A stretch of DNA of 64,000 nt from Eutreptiella sp. 'Long Island Sound 2002' (GCA_964036045.1 OZ038378.1:129580001-129644000); one strand, 5' to 3'. Numbered from the stretch's first letter, positions 1 through 13,016 are shown. Numbers and translations: made by a program. The notes: generated by a model not told the origin, from the letters alone.

Positions 1-204
1 CCACTGGGCAGAGCCCATGCGGATTCCCATGCAAGAGAGTAGCGATGTGATACTGAGGTGCACCCCATTCAGCCCCGAGATACCCCGCAACCACTTGGGA
101 TACCTCCACGCTGGTGTCCGTGTGGTGAATAATACATGGACAGATGATGCTGGGGAGGAGGCCATGTATCTTATATTGGAAGCAATGGCTGAAGGTCAGG
201 TGCA

Positions 205-560
205 ACCCCCCCCCCCCCTGATCCCATAACACCTGACCAGGTTCCCCTCAGAGGTGATCCAAGCCAAGCCGACGTCCCAGCCTGTGCGTTGCGACTCAGA
301 TCCCAAGATACATCTGGTGGTGTCTCTTGTGACAAAGGTCCCCCCAGCGATGCAGGTGCTGTGCACCGGGATGATTAGATGCCGGAAGGGGACACAAAGG
401 AGGCCACAGGCACAGTTGGCACCTCTGGTGAAGCAAAGCAATGCCCCCCCCCCCACCCCCCCCCCGCCTTAACTCCTATGACTGCTGACCAGGATCCCCT
501 CAGAGGTGATCCAAGTGAGTCCGACGTCCCAGCCTGTGCGCTGCGATGTCGACCCCCGGG
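205..560 (+). repeat. Imperfect direct repeat, ~250-bp period, each copy preceded by a poly-C run
   Basis: ctgaccagg(t/a)tcccctcagaggtgatccaag...ccgacgtcccagcctgtgcg occurs at ~234-290 and ~485-541. Confidence 0.8.
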
Positions 561-1734
561 TGCACCCGGTGTTGCATGTGGTGTTCATGCTGATGATGAG
601 ATCGAGGGGCGAGACGTAATGGAAAACACAGGTCCAAGTGCTGCACAAGAATGCCTAACGCCACACTCCGGTTGTGGTGCTGAGTCACTCTTTGATCCGG
701 GCTCCCCTGTGCCCCTAGCACAGCGCCCACGACAGGTTTTATTCAGTGGGCAAGGTAGTGAAATGTCATCCCCGAATATGCATAGCAGTTTGGGGACTGC
801 ATGCACTGTCATGGCACCTAGTCAGTCCAGCACAGATGGCTCACAGCTGAGCAACAGCCCCCTTAGGCAAGAAAGCAATGCCTAGGGAGCACAACCATAT
901 GCGTGCTGCAAAGCGTGTGCGGTTAGGGGTGGACCAGGCCGCAACAATTGACATTGACAATCTTGACGAGAAGGTTGAGGTGGATGAAATTAAGGCTAAG
1001 GCAGGTAGGGATCTGCCTACCATCCGGCATCTGAAGTTACGGTTGGCACGTGATGAGTATATCGCTTCTGCATGTTTTTTTTCTGCAGCTGCCCTGAGCC
1101 TCCATGCGCTCCGCAGCCAAACCCCCTAACTGGTGTGGACTCGCGAGTTCAGGCAACCATAATGTAAAGGGAATGGTGTGGCATAGAGGTTAAACAGAGT
1201 GCTCTAAGTGTCTGTAGGGCCCTCGAAGAGAATAACTGGGATGGGAGGCCTTGGGGGGGACTGCCAGACCATTATCGACATCTCGCCAACCGCGTCGATG
1301 GGAAGGTTGTGTTGTTGCGTACAAACACACCAAAAATAATGGATTCAAGGTTTGGCCCCGACACTGCTGTGACGTCTGCTGCAGTTTGGAGTCCGGGTAT
1401 GGCAGAAGCCACAGTGTACCATACAATCGGGGAGATGGAGGAAGCCTGTGAACAAGCATGCGTGATCGTCATTGGTGAGGCTGAACGTGATGGGCACCGG
1501 CGGGGAGGACATTACCGAGGCGCCAGCTATGACCGCTCGTTGCAGGCAGCACCTTTGCGTGTCTTGCATGGCATAATGGGGACACTGGTGTACACAAGAG
1601 AGACGTTAGGGCAGTTCTCCTTGCGAAGGTTGCAGTTGGGTGTCGGTGGGAGCAAAGGGCTTGCAGCGAAAGGGGATTGTCACCGGTCACGGCTTGTGCA
1701 GGGGACACAGGAGCATGGCACCCTTGTGATGATG

Positions 1735-2150
1735 GTGAACCACGTTGCAAGGGAGTTGGTGCCGGAGTCGTTCACGTGGACTACAATATAGCTGTCATGC
1801 AACGAGACGACAGCTCCCCATCAACATCGTTTTGATAGTACCCCATGGTCAGGAGTTTTCTCCACGGGGCAGCACGTAGGTGGTGAGATCTGGGTGGAAG
1901 AGGGAGGCGTCGGTAGTGGACCGCGTGGTAGACCACGCAGAAAGCAGCGCCTAGATGGCATTAACCGTGCGGGCCATAGGTAAAGTGTCGATAGGCAACC
2001 TGTAGTGGTCCCCACTGGGGCATGGCATGGTACTTGCCCATGGAAAGCGGACAGGCGATTGGTGGTGCTTTACGGCCGTGGAGAATGGCAGAGTTTGCCT
2101 CCATCGCACCGCAAGTTCTTGCACCAACATGCCTTCCGCCTACCTGCAGG
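1735..2150 (+). pseudogene. 2OG-Fe(II) dioxygenase-like domain (two in-frame stops)
   Basis: Frame +1 reads FTWTTI*LSCNETTAPHQHRFDS...GQHVGGEIWVEE...VVVPTGAWHGTCPWKADRRLVVLY...HAFRLP. This gives an HxD-position motif (here HQH), GGExW, a distal His and a 2OG-binding Arg. Confidence 0.7.
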
Positions 2151-2179
2151 TTAGTGGCGGTCCGCAAGGTGGAGCACAG

Positions 2180-3050
2180 CAACGGCCATGTGGCATGGCG
2201 AACCCCCCAAGTCACAATTGGTGTTGGCTTGGTACAACATTGCAATGCCTCTTGCTGGCCTTTGGTGGACAAGAGGCCTTCCATGATGAGTGCCCAGATG
2301 ATGTGGCGGTGTGGGCTACACTGTGGGGTGACATTGTGGCAAGCACGACAGGTGTTGTGTACCGTCCAAATGCCGTTGCACGCCTCTTGGAGGATGAGGG
2401 ACAGCCAACTGTTACTATGTGCCAGTGTAGTGGTCAGTGTCAATGTGTCAGGAGAGCTCCCAAGTTTGAGTGGATGCAGCTCTCCAAGATGGCTGAGTGT
2501 TGGAAGCACATGGTACCGAAGCTAGTTCGTGCTGGTGTTCGTTCTCTGTCCGACTGCTTGTCTCATGAGCAATGGTGGCAGCGGTGCCCAGTATGTGACA
2601 AGAAAGTCCACCAAGCTGGAGGTGAGTTGGGAATGGCTGCCCAAGTGTTGCATGTTACTAACCAGGGCCAAAGCGTGCGGCCGCGAATGAGGGATGGAAT
2701 GATGGGCCGTTCGTTGGGCCGCCCTTCAAGCGCCCCCCCCATGTGGCTGTGGGGGGGATCTCCAGGAGGCCATTGTACTATCGTCACTGGTGTTAAACAA
2801 GTGGGCTCCACTCGTCGATAATCAACAGCTGCATAGCTTGACTGTGGATCATGAGTTTGTGGATGTCAACGGGTACCATTGGTCCCTCCGGGCCATGGTG
2901 CTACATGTTGGAGCGACTAGGGAGGAAGGGCACTTTGTTGCTCACATTGTAGTTCGCGATGAGTGGTGGTTGTGTGATGATGCGTCAGTGACCAGGAGAC
3001 GGCCCCCAGCCAATTCGCGAAAGGTGACATTCCTATTGTATGAGCGTACT
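2180..3050 (+). pseudogene. Ubiquitin-specific protease (peptidase C19/USP) domain, frameshifted
   Basis: Cys box GMANPPSHNWCWLGTTLQCL (Cys at 2222-2224). CxxC QRCPVC. His box LRAMVLHVGATREEGHFVAH...WWLCDDASV...FLLYER (His 2931-2933, Asp 2976-2981). Confidence 0.8.
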
Positions 3051-3119
3051 CCCACAAAGATGGTGGGTCCGTCACAAGGCGGTTCACAAATGGGTGCATG
3101 CAATCGTGGTGTACGTGAT

Positions 3120-3385
3120 GCCCCCTCTCAGTCTGCAGCAACAACTGTCGACAGGCATGTCCGGAGCATGCCAAGTAACACCCCGTTGCCAGCCATGGCG
3201 CTGGCAACAGGTGACCCAGAGTCTACCAACCACATTGGGGGAGCACAACCCTCCCCCTCAAAGTCTGCAGAACCAACTGTCGACGGGCATGCCCTGAGCG
3301 TGCCAAGTAACACCCAGTTGGCAGCCATGGCGCTGCCAACGGCTGACCCCGGATATACCACACATGTGGGGGATGTGCAGCCCAC
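3120..3385 (+). repeat. Two in-frame ~135-bp (45-aa) tandem repeats downstream of the USP domain
   Basis: PSQSAATTVDRHVRSMPSNTPLPAMALATGDP vs PSKSAEPTVDGHALSVPSNTQLAAMALPTADP. Confidence 0.85.
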
Positions 3386-3689
3386 CACCGACTTTATTGA
3401 AGCTGTGGCAAAGCTTGTACAAAAGCAAAGGGTACGGGGGAAATAGCATTTGAAGGTCCGTGTGCAAGCCCACCAGGTTCATCTCCGGGCAGGTCATGAG
3501 CAGGAGTGGGATGAGAGGCATGTAGGTGAGGGCATGTCGCACCGATCCGTTGCCGAGTCCATAGAACAGGATGGAGCTCGATCTGCTGCATTGGCAGCAA
3601 CGGGGAGCAATGCTTACTCTGTGATGATTGGGGCAGCCCCCAAGCAACAAACAGCAGGGCCAAAGACACTGCAAGCCTTTGTGGATGGG

Positions 3690-5830
3690 CATTGGCAGTT
3701 GCAGTTCACTGTTCAAGGGGCCGTAATGTGCATATGTTGTGCACGGGCTGCTCAAACGGATTGTCTTGGGGTGAAGCGGCCACCGATGGATGCTTCACCC
3801 TTGGTGAATGGAATGTTTGGCATGGGCATGCGTATGATGATCGCTGCACCAAAGGGATGGCGTAAAGATGTCCTGAAGGGTCAACATGGTGTGTCACGTG
3901 GCAGGACCAGCAGCCGCAGGAAAATTCATAGTCCTGGCCGCCACCAGTTTGCCGCCGAGGAGAGTTTCTGGGTGCATTGTGCGGAATGTTTTCGGGCACT
4001 GGGCCCCGTGCATCTGCGTGTGCGGTCAATGTTGCAGAGAAGAGCACTGTGTTCATTAGGAATGAGGGCATGGACCTCGGTGTACCTATGACCGACGCGG
4101 TGGCAGCCATTCTGTCACGCTTGGTGGAGGTATACATTGGCCTCCGCATGTGCACATCCATCCGTGCAATCAGTGAACGCATTCTTCTGCATTGTGCGTT
4201 GACCTCCAAACCGGGCCATCATGCCTCTCGACGATGGATAGTTGAGAAGGCCATGGTCGCAATGCATGGTGCCATGCAAGATGGTGTGTCAGAGACCCTG
4301 CAAAGGGCATTGTTCATTGCCTTGTTGTCGGATGGATCTGACCGGCAACGGCATCGCATCAATGAGTATGCCATCCTGCTCCTCTTCCCAGGCACCAGGC
4401 CAGGGGGAATGTGTGAGGTGTTCCTTGGTGTGGTGGATGTGGCTTTAGGGGAGGCACAAGAGGTGACGGCACAGGTGGAGGCAGTGCTGTTGTCCTGGAT
4501 ACCTGACCGTGCCTGGTGGGCTCAGAAGGTTGTGGCTTTTGGTGTGGATGGTGCCTCTAACCTTGGTATGCGTGGTGCCACTGCACGACAAGTTGTTGAT
4601 GTGTGGGCAATGGAGCACAATGTGTTCGCCATGTTTGTGAAGTGGTTGTCCTTGCTACCCCCCCTGGGTGAGCCATGCCATGTGGTCCAGCGCAAGCTAG
4701 GCCTTGCCTTGGAGGCTGCCGGCCAAGTGCATGGTGACTACCTGGCAGCTGTGGGTCGCCAACATGCATTGTACAATGGTGCGCGCCAGTGGAAGGACCT
4801 CGAGAGGTGTGTCCAAAAACACAGCAGACCCGATACACGAAGCGGGTTGCGTTTGATCCCTGCCAGTCACTGTATCCAGTGGTCTGAGGCAAATGCCCGT
4901 CGCACAAGGTGTTTTTGGCCAATGTGCCATGGGTGGCGAGGCATTTGGATTCCAAAACGCACCTCACCACCAAGGAGGAGGATGTGTGGGAGGATTGCCA
5001 TGATGCAGGTTTGCTGGCATGGGCGGTGGTATATGGAGACATCCTACACGGCACACGCAAGTTCAACAATGTTGCACAGTTGCATGCACCAACAGGTGCC
5101 CACTTGACCAAGTTAACCGAAATGTTACAGGCACGGGTGGAAAAGGTGGCGAGGGAGGAGGGGCCAGGGTGCAATCAATTCAAAGAGCAAACTGTGACAG
5201 GTGCATAGCATGGCGTTGAATTGGTCCGGTTTGATACCCATGGCCAGAGGTGCACAACCAGCCCCCCTTTTCCAGCCACAGAGGCACGTGCAGTCAGAGA
5301 CACACTGCTTGCTGGCATCAAGGAGGGACACGGGACCATTGACCCCCGGGGTGTTCTTGAGTGTGTTGTGTTGCTAAACCATGGCTATTGGCTCTCTCTA
5401 CCAGCGGCTGATTGAGCCACATTTGGAGTGGATCCGCTGAAGTAGTTCATCGGCACACACCACGCTGAACTGGCAGCTGCGCATGTTAATGCTGCTCGTG
5501 CATTGGAAGAGTGGGAATCCTTCAAGGAGCATGTCGTTCAGACCTTCGCCAAGACCCCCATTGCCCGGATGGCGGAGGGCTTGACGCCGGAGCGGGAGAA
5601 TCTCCAATGGGTGAATGTTTGGCGTGTTTTGTCATTGCTGCGCACATATTGCCCTGCTGAGGCTGCTGTTGAGCGTGCCATTTCCTTGCGTGGGAGGTTC
5701 ACCAGCAATATGTATGATATGGAGGACACACATGTCCTTAGCATGTGCATGCCTCTGCATTGTAATCTGCGACCTTTGCGGCAGTGGGTGAAGGGGCATG
5801 TGTCGAGGTAGCCAGCAAGCTGGCAGCCAA
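3690..5830 (+). pseudogene. hAT-superfamily transposase (ZNF862-like) with TTF-type zinc finger, frameshifted
   Basis: WQLQFTVQGAVMCICC...WRKDVLKGQHGVS (TTF-like). FIALLSDGSD (D1). EVFLGVVDV. KVVAFGVDGASNLG (D2). PCHVVQRKL (CxxH-like). VLSLLRTYCPAEAAVERAIS (C-terminal hAT motif carrying the catalytic Glu). Confidence 0.8.
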
Positions 5831-6739
5831 TGCACGCTTCGATGTGCGTCGCCGGCATAGTGTTTCGCAGCGCATTGATCCATGTACATCAGTGGAAGCG
5901 GCCATGTTGCAGTGCCTGGAGGGGGAGGCTGCAGTGGCAGATGATGGTGACTTTTTGCCATCTTTTGGGGGGTCGGAGGTGCCACGGGCTTGTCAAGGCC
6001 CAACACGCAAACGGGCTGAACGACAAGCCCCGTTTGAGGACATTGAGGGCACTGTGGTCGAGCCAGATGGTAGTCCTGCTCAGCATCATGGCAACCATGA
6101 CTTCTTCACTTTCCAAAGGGGCATGGACCGTGCAGTGTGTAGGCAGTCTGTGCGCATCTGGTGCAACACATGTCCGGCTTACCACACATGCTTTGTCAAG
6201 GATCCAAGACCGTGTGGTGAGGCAGTGGTGCAGGTTGTGGATGATGCAGCCGAGGCTGCTGAAAATAACAGTGAAGAGGAAGCAGTCGCACCACGGAAGT
6301 CCGACCCAAAGCGTGCCTTGGCCTGTGCACAGGCCGAGCTGGTATGTGCTGCAACGGTAGGCACATGGAGTGACTGGACACGCGCTCGCATGTGTGATTG
6401 CTTGGGTGCCATGGGTGTGAAGGTGCCATATAACATGAACCGGCGACAAGCCCGAGACATTGCTATGCAACAGGCATCGCCTTTGCTAGCCCAAATGGAC
6501 TCTGAATGGATCCCCCCAACGGATCGTGTTACCCGTTCTGCTGCACCACCCAGCAGCTCACAACCATGTTCCCAAGTGCCGGTGGATGACATGGACGGAC
6601 TCATTAATGAATGACACTGTTGGGGTTGCAGTGGTATTGTGCTTTTGCATGCTTGCTGTGCCAATCCCCATGGCACCCATGTTCTCCTTCTCCGCAGGTC
6701 CATTCATACGTTAGCAACCATCAGTATGAATTGTGTTGT

Positions 6740-7210
6740 TCATGTTTGTCCGATGTTGTGCTCTAACGTTTTCCCATTTCCCTTGGTTTTCCCTTTTCCC
6801 ACATTTTCCCCAACCCCCCATTTTCCAAGAGGTTTGGGTGTTTTTGGGGGGGGGGGGGGGGGCACTTGTGCCACATTGTTCCCAGAATTGCCTTTTCCGC
6901 ATTTTCAAACCCCGTTTTTTCCCCAACCCAACCGATCATTTTCTTGAAGTGAATGGTTTTTTTTTTTGGGGGGGGGGGCTTGTATCAGACTTTTACTAAT
7001 GTTCCCTTCTCCACATTTTCCATTCCAACCCATTTTCCCTAACCCACCATTTTCTTGAGGTGAATTTCCTGTGTGTCTGTGGGGGGTGGGGTATTGCACT
7101 TTTATCACCATTTTCCTGTGAAGTTGCTATGTGTTTTTGGGGGGGGGGTCTGCACTGTTATAACCATTTTCCTGAACTCAACTTACTGTGGGAGGGGGGA
7201 TGCACTTTTA
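6740..7210. repeat. Low-complexity region of TTTTCC(C) and G-run modules
   Basis: Recurrent (a)ttttcc, and G8-17 runs followed by gcac or tgcac. Confidence 0.5.
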
Positions 7211-7312
7211 TCACACTTTTGCTCGGATGTGCACTAATGTGGGTCCTCAACAAGACATGTCAAATCAAACTTCAGCCTGCATACTTTATACCCATAGCTG
7301 TGCCACGACGTA

Positions 7313-9960
7313 ATGGCGGTGGCTTCGAAAAAGGCACCACGTTCCCTCCACTATGCAGACTGCGCCTCCAAGTCCGCCATGCACCATCAATTGTGGTCGG
7401 GGTTCCACAAAATACAAGACATCCGGAACACCCATAATCACATACCCCGGACTGAGCTAGGGTCTATACTGGATAAGGAGAACGCCTTCCTGCATTACGC
7501 CCCCCACCGGCGGCTCTGCGAGCTGTGGGGACTCTCCTGTGCTATGGGCGAATCGGTCCGAAAGGTGGGCAGCTGGATATATGCCCTGTGGAGCCCTGCA
7601 TCCCTAGAAATCTATGTGGGCCAAATAGGAGGTAGAGGCAGTCTAAACCAACTTCTCCAATGATGGCGACAACATGGACAGTCGGCGCAAGCATGGGTCC
7701 GCATGTTCCGTGAGAGCAACGCCAAAATAGGGAAATTGTATAGGCACCTGTTTAAGTCTCTGCAGGAGTGCTCGCCACGTAACGTTGACCGGCTGGAACG
7801 GTGGTGGATTCAACGGGCAGGAGCCACCCTCAACACACGTGACGTCCCCTGCACATGCACGAAAAACCAAATGCTACTGTGTAAAGGCCTGGTCTCCGAT
7901 GTCATACCAATGACGTCCTCCCCATGTACCAAATCACTCGTCAACTGCGCCGCACCGTCCCAATCGCCAAGCAGCTACAAGTGCTTGTACAAGGGAAACG
8001 GGCGGTGAATGGCCCCAGCAGATCAAATCTGTTCCAATTTGTCCATGGCCATCTACATGCAACATGCAGTTTGAAGATGCCCTCCGTCGTTTCTGTGGGT
8101 ATACCATCCATGCACTGGGATAGCACTGCGCGCCGAACCCAGTCCGTACGTGACTTCCTACACACACTCCCCATCCCCATACACCTGCGCCAACACCTGT
8201 GTGGCGTCACACAGGTAACACACAAGAAATCCCGCTCAGTAGGGTCCATCATGTTTCCCCCCAAGATTACAGCCACGTTGCACCAGCTACAGGACAAGCT
8301 ACGGGAACAAGCACAGTCCCCTTGTTCTTGGGCATCTCTTGCAAAACGTCTGAACATTCCCCTTGTAGACACACATTGTGTCCCGAGACGCACCGACCTC
8401 CCGCATAAGGTGTTCGGAAAATAGGCAGCCCGCTGGATACAAAATATGACCAACGATGTTATGCCCGTCATGAACCAGGTGCACGCATCTGTCGTTAACA
8501 GCGCGAGGAAAATGTGCACTCGTATGATACCCAGTGATTGAAACTGCAACCTTGCGGCACCTAGCTTGTACTATGATTGCTTGAAAACGGTAAAGCAATG
8601 GTGGAAAGCACAGTCATTAGCCTCACAGTGGACTGTGCGCAAAAGTGTCCAGCGTGAGTTTGTGCGTACGCATCCACAATGGAAGTTGTTATAGTGTGAC
8701 AAGAATACAGGTCGCCCCATGGTCGTGTGCATGGCATTGCATGCGACACGCCCCATTGAAAACTACGACGATAAGGAAGAATTCGAGACCCTTTCTCAGC
8801 ACAGAACGTCTGACGAAGCTCAGCAGCAAGCCATGCACTTGCTTGAGGAAAAAGGGAAAGCAGCTGGACTTTGGAAACGCCCGAAGGGTGGTAAATCCAA
8901 GTCTGCACCCGTCTCTATGGTGGTTCCCAAAAATACAAGCAATGAGTTTGAAAACAAACTGGGTTTCGGTACGCTTTTCAAATAATACTCGCACCCGCTC
9001 CGATGTTGGGGGAGGCTGATTGGCAGATGCCTGAACGTGATGGTCAAGGCGTCCACTGAACATATGCCATCCCTGAACATGCCACCATGAAAGGGTTATT
9101 AGGCACGGTCAAGTACTAGAACAAGAGACTAGATGCGCAAGCCTCTAGCCTGATTACCGCTAGACTTCAAGTTGAACTATGGGAGCTAGATGTGGTACAG
9201 ATGTACCTATTGCTGAATAGTGATGAAGCCTTGCATGCAGTTCAGGCGGTCCATGATGCTGTGTTAAAGGGCACCAAACGGCACCGCAAGGCACGCCAAC
9301 CTGAAATGAAGTTTTACATCAATGGACTAGACCGAAAACTGGACAGAATAGGAGATGGACGGGACTCGTCTTGCTACCATGTCATCCTTTTCTCTTAAGC
9401 CATGCGCTTCATCCGGTTTGATTTGTTTAGTAATGATATCTTTGTCCTTGGTACCACCGTTACGCGCCAAATTAGAGGTGTAGCGATAGGTGGTACCTTC
9501 TCGGCTCCGTGCAGACTGCTTTTGTATATTAAAATAAAATGGGTCTTACTCACATGTGTGCCTATATGCTCCAAACCTGCTAACGGGCTTGCACCTTGTG
9601 CACCTGCCAGCCCAACGAGGCAGGTACATGGACAACCTGTTGGGAGTAAAATGTGTGGCTCATTCCTTACACACCAGGCAGCAGTCCTTTGCGGATATGC
9701 ATGATCTCGGGTTGTAGATCGAGGGACAGGGCGTTGTGTGGCCACTGCTGATGACCATTTTGGAAATGGGGTACCGAGCCACACCAGCAGGTAGCGATGC
9801 ACCTCCGAGACAAAATGGACAAATTTTCTCATACTTTCTAGACACTTTATAGGTACCCAGACATCGGCACACCAAAGGCGTTTCACACACTCCGGAGTCT
9901 GGTTGCGCGCCAGCAACGGCATTTTACAAAAACCTTGCAAACCATGAACGAAAACGAAAG
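7313..9960 (+). mobile_element. Decayed Penelope-like retroelement with N-terminal GIY-YIG endonuclease (Naiad/Chlamys-type), family A
   Basis: GIY-YIG: WIYALWSPASLEIYVGQ...LERWWIQRAGATLN (7570-7840). Linker QSPCSW...THCV. RT motifs: VPKNTS, HPLRCWGRLIGRCL, WELDVVQMY (A), DRKLDRIG (IFD-like), RQIRGVAIGGTFSA (B), RYMDNLLGV (C, 9622-9636), RYPD thumb. Multiple stops and frameshifts. Confidence 0.8.
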
Positions 9961-9969
9961 CAGACAGCA

Positions 9970-10075
9970 ACGTGTAACCGCTAGCGTAACCGGTGACACC
10001 CCTGTGTAACAGCCCTTAGAAAAGGTAAATGAGTGTGCGCTAACAATAGGCGTTACACCCCGGGTGACACAAGCG
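9970..10075 (+). repeat. GTAACC(G) motif cluster, related to 12385-12560
   Basis: gtgtaaccgc...gtaaccggtgacac is shared with 12385-12412. Confidence 0.6.
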
Positions 10076-11884
10076 TTCACGACCTGGAAAAAAAACCTAA
10101 AACAAAAAGGCTTTCTTGACCTACACTACCGGAGTGGGTCACCGGCGGGGTAATTTGCAAATAACCTCTGTTGAAATCAACAACAAAATTTTCATATGTA
10201 ACCCAAAATTTGATGTGTAACCTCCGTCGAGAAAGGAATATGTATCCAAGCATGACCGTTGATTTTTGAAAAATCTTGTTTGTCCCAAGTATCCTACTTC
10301 GGCACGTCTCCAAGTTAGGGGGGGCTTAGCCAAGCGGGCTATGCGGTGCATACGGGTGCCTTTGGCATCCAATAAAAGCAGGTCACTTTCCTTAAGAGAT
10401 TTGCGCACAGCCTACCAGTCCACATGCTTGGACTTAAGCAGGGCATCAATCTCTCTTCAGTGCAATTTCGTCCCACGCGTCCCAAAAAGATTGTACATTG
10501 GATTACCGGAAACCTGAATGTCCTTTCTAGCCTTTGGCATTTTGTACAACAAGATGTACCAGATTTTGTACTACAAGAACATTCTGGGCGCAGTGACCAA
10601 AGGGACGCTAAGAGTTGACCTGAGGGTCTTTTCAAGGGCCGCGCAGTCAATAACCATCCTTGAGAGTGGTCCAAACTCTTGCATCTATTCTGTAGAATTA
10701 CTCCCTCCCCCCCGGCTGTAGACCCACCAGCAAATGGCCACTGACAAGACCCACCCCTTGTTGGGGCCACTTCTCGGCAAAGAGAGCTCTAAGACCCAGT
10801 TCAAAAAGACCACTATATAAGACCCACCAGGGAAACTTTTGCCGAGGACAAGGAAATGGAGCAAAATTGTCCTCAACCTCGACCCCAACCCAAGAAAACT
10901 ACAAACAACATTCGTTGGATGCTTTGAGTGATGGGATGGTGTCATGTGACTTGCCAAGTGGGCCTCAAATGCTTGCGAGACGAGAGTATCACACATTAAT
11001 ACATCACGTGCTGTGAGGGCATACCAAACACAATAGATGAATAAATATCAAGAGGCATCACATTAAGAGTGCTAGAACCCAAGACCGATGGTTCGCGACA
11101 AAGAGATATAGATACCATTGGTAACAGTGTGCTCCGGATGAAATGAGTACAAGACCTACTTCAAAAAATCACTATATCAGACCCACCCGGCTTAGAGGGA
11201 AAAAATCAGAAGACCCGGGTCTATAGTCGGAGGGGAGGGAGTAACACAGGCCATTTTGAGACGCGTATGAGGGGATGATGCCTACTAAGGGCATGCAAAG
11301 GCATACATGTCTGCAGGCAAACAACACGCAGTCACACAAGAAGATGTAATGAACCACATGAGGGTTCATGCAAACATGTTGAACCCTGTTCGTTTGGCGG
11401 TGTCAGCTCATGTGCAAGGGTGATACAATTGAGCAAACACACACATCGCCAACATGAAAAGCATGGTTCTCTTCATGAAGCAGTCAATTCTCTTGAAGGA
11501 GAGCTTTTAACAAACACACTTCCGTTGCGATGTAGAAACGCACCATGGGACCAATGTACACCACAAACATCATGGTAATCCTTGATTACACTTTGGAACA
11601 ATTGATAGACACCACACAATTGAAATTTAACATTTAGTCACGATCACAAATGGTTCCAAAGCCGCAAAGCCCTGCATCCACTTCAATCGATAATCTCCCA
11701 AACCCCTGCATCTCTTCAGCACTGGAGTACGCGCAAAGGCCCACTCCTTGGTGGACGCCCCTGGACGGGCTCCTGCGCCCCCACATTGATGCAGTGCTCA
11801 AAATAGATAACGTTCAACATCCCCTTCGATCTTTGATTGGCCGTGGACGAGACCCCAATCCATATTATTTACTAGTCTAACTCT

Positions 11885-11930
11885 TGCAATCGTCAACCAA
11901 GGTCTCATGCAATCGTCAACCAAGGTCTCA
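11885..11930 (+). repeat. Perfect 23-bp tandem duplication
   Basis: tgcaatcgtcaaccaaggtctca x2. Confidence 0.9.
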
Positions 11931-12384
11931 GACGCTTTAAAAATCCTTCTCTACCCAAGTACGCAAACAGGGCACTTCTAACCGGTGCTTGAACCACGCT
12001 TCACAGTAGGGTTCCATTGATGTTTTGTCAGTTTCGGAACATGCTTGAAAAGCCGCTCAAATAGGTTCGGTTCAATTTTAGTTGCCACACCGTCGTTCAT
12101 CGATCTCATAGTTGGATTTACAGGCATCTTCACGTAACGATGATTGTGCCATTGTGGCCAGCGAGGCTTTTTCCATCCACATACTTTTTGAATGTCCCCC
12201 TAGAAGTTGCTCAACCCTAAATGCATCAATACCCCCAAAGGGGGTTACGTGATTCAATGTCTGTCCCAAAACTGTGTTCCACCATCGTACCATAGCCCCC
12301 GCCTGCTTGTTGGCCAAATCTTGGTGTACATCCGTGTACGTCCTTCTTAAACTGAAAACAAAAACACATACAGTGGAACTGTTG

Positions 12385-12560
12385 GTGTAACCGCACATGT
12401 AACCGGTGACACATGACAGTAACCGCTGCAGGGCATGTAACTACCAATGCATAACCGCACGTGTAACCGTTGGCATTTGGGTAACCGCTACAGGGCACGA
12501 AAGTACGAATGCATAACCGCACGTGGAACCGTTGGCATTCCTGTAACCCTTGTATGCATG
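12385..12560 (+). repeat. Cluster of ~9 (G/A)TAACC(G) modules, possibly the subterminal array of a DNA transposon
   Basis: Repeated gtaaccgc, gtaaccgg, ataaccgc and gtaaccgt. Confidence 0.7.
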
Positions 12561-12773
12561 GCTGCAGTACCTGTGGCCGGGTGGAACACCCTGTGTAGCA
12601 TGAAGGGACTGGCGCTCTCGTGTAGAGCACCAGTTGTTTGAATTGCACGTGCCCTGTCTTTCAGAAAGCCGCAGCCCGGCTCAGGTTTTATAACTCTTCT
12701 CCTCCCATGTACAACGATTACTACAGCAGTGAATGATTCGTTCTAGGACTTGATTTGCTGCAGTGTGTGTTGG

Positions 12774-12945
12774 CCCCGCGGCCACCGACGGTGTTCCGAG
12801 GTGGTGACTCACGGCTACTTATGTCCTGTTTAATTATGGAATGGATCTTGGTGCATGTGATGACGTATGGAGTTTGTATGCCTCATATGTCATCATCTTT
12901 GTCTTTGCTTTGTGCCGTGCGATTCCCTTGACAAGATCACGTTGG
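12774..12945 (+). repeat. Direct repeat copy 1 (pseudo-LTR/leader-like) of the multi-ORF PLE unit
   Basis: Highly similar to 25351-25461 plus 26362-26420 (ccgacggtgttccgaggtggtgactcacggctac...gtgcatgtgatgacgtatggagtttgtatgcctc|atatgtcatcatctt...). It begins mid-hairpin, next to a short GT repeat. Confidence 0.85.
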
Positions 12946-13016
12946 ATTGATACCGGAAAACGAGGTTCAATCTACCTACCTCCTTGTACTACTACAACCC
13001 TTCTTAGCACGCTAAC

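Larger units (their letters stand above)
1..6620 (+). mobile_element. Decayed composite hAT-type DNA transposon region (dioxygenase + USP protease + TTF zinc finger + hAT transposase); termini not identified
   Basis: Co-oriented, contiguous degenerate coding segments (see separate features). No TIR or TSD was found, so treating them as one element is inference. Confidence 0.5.
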
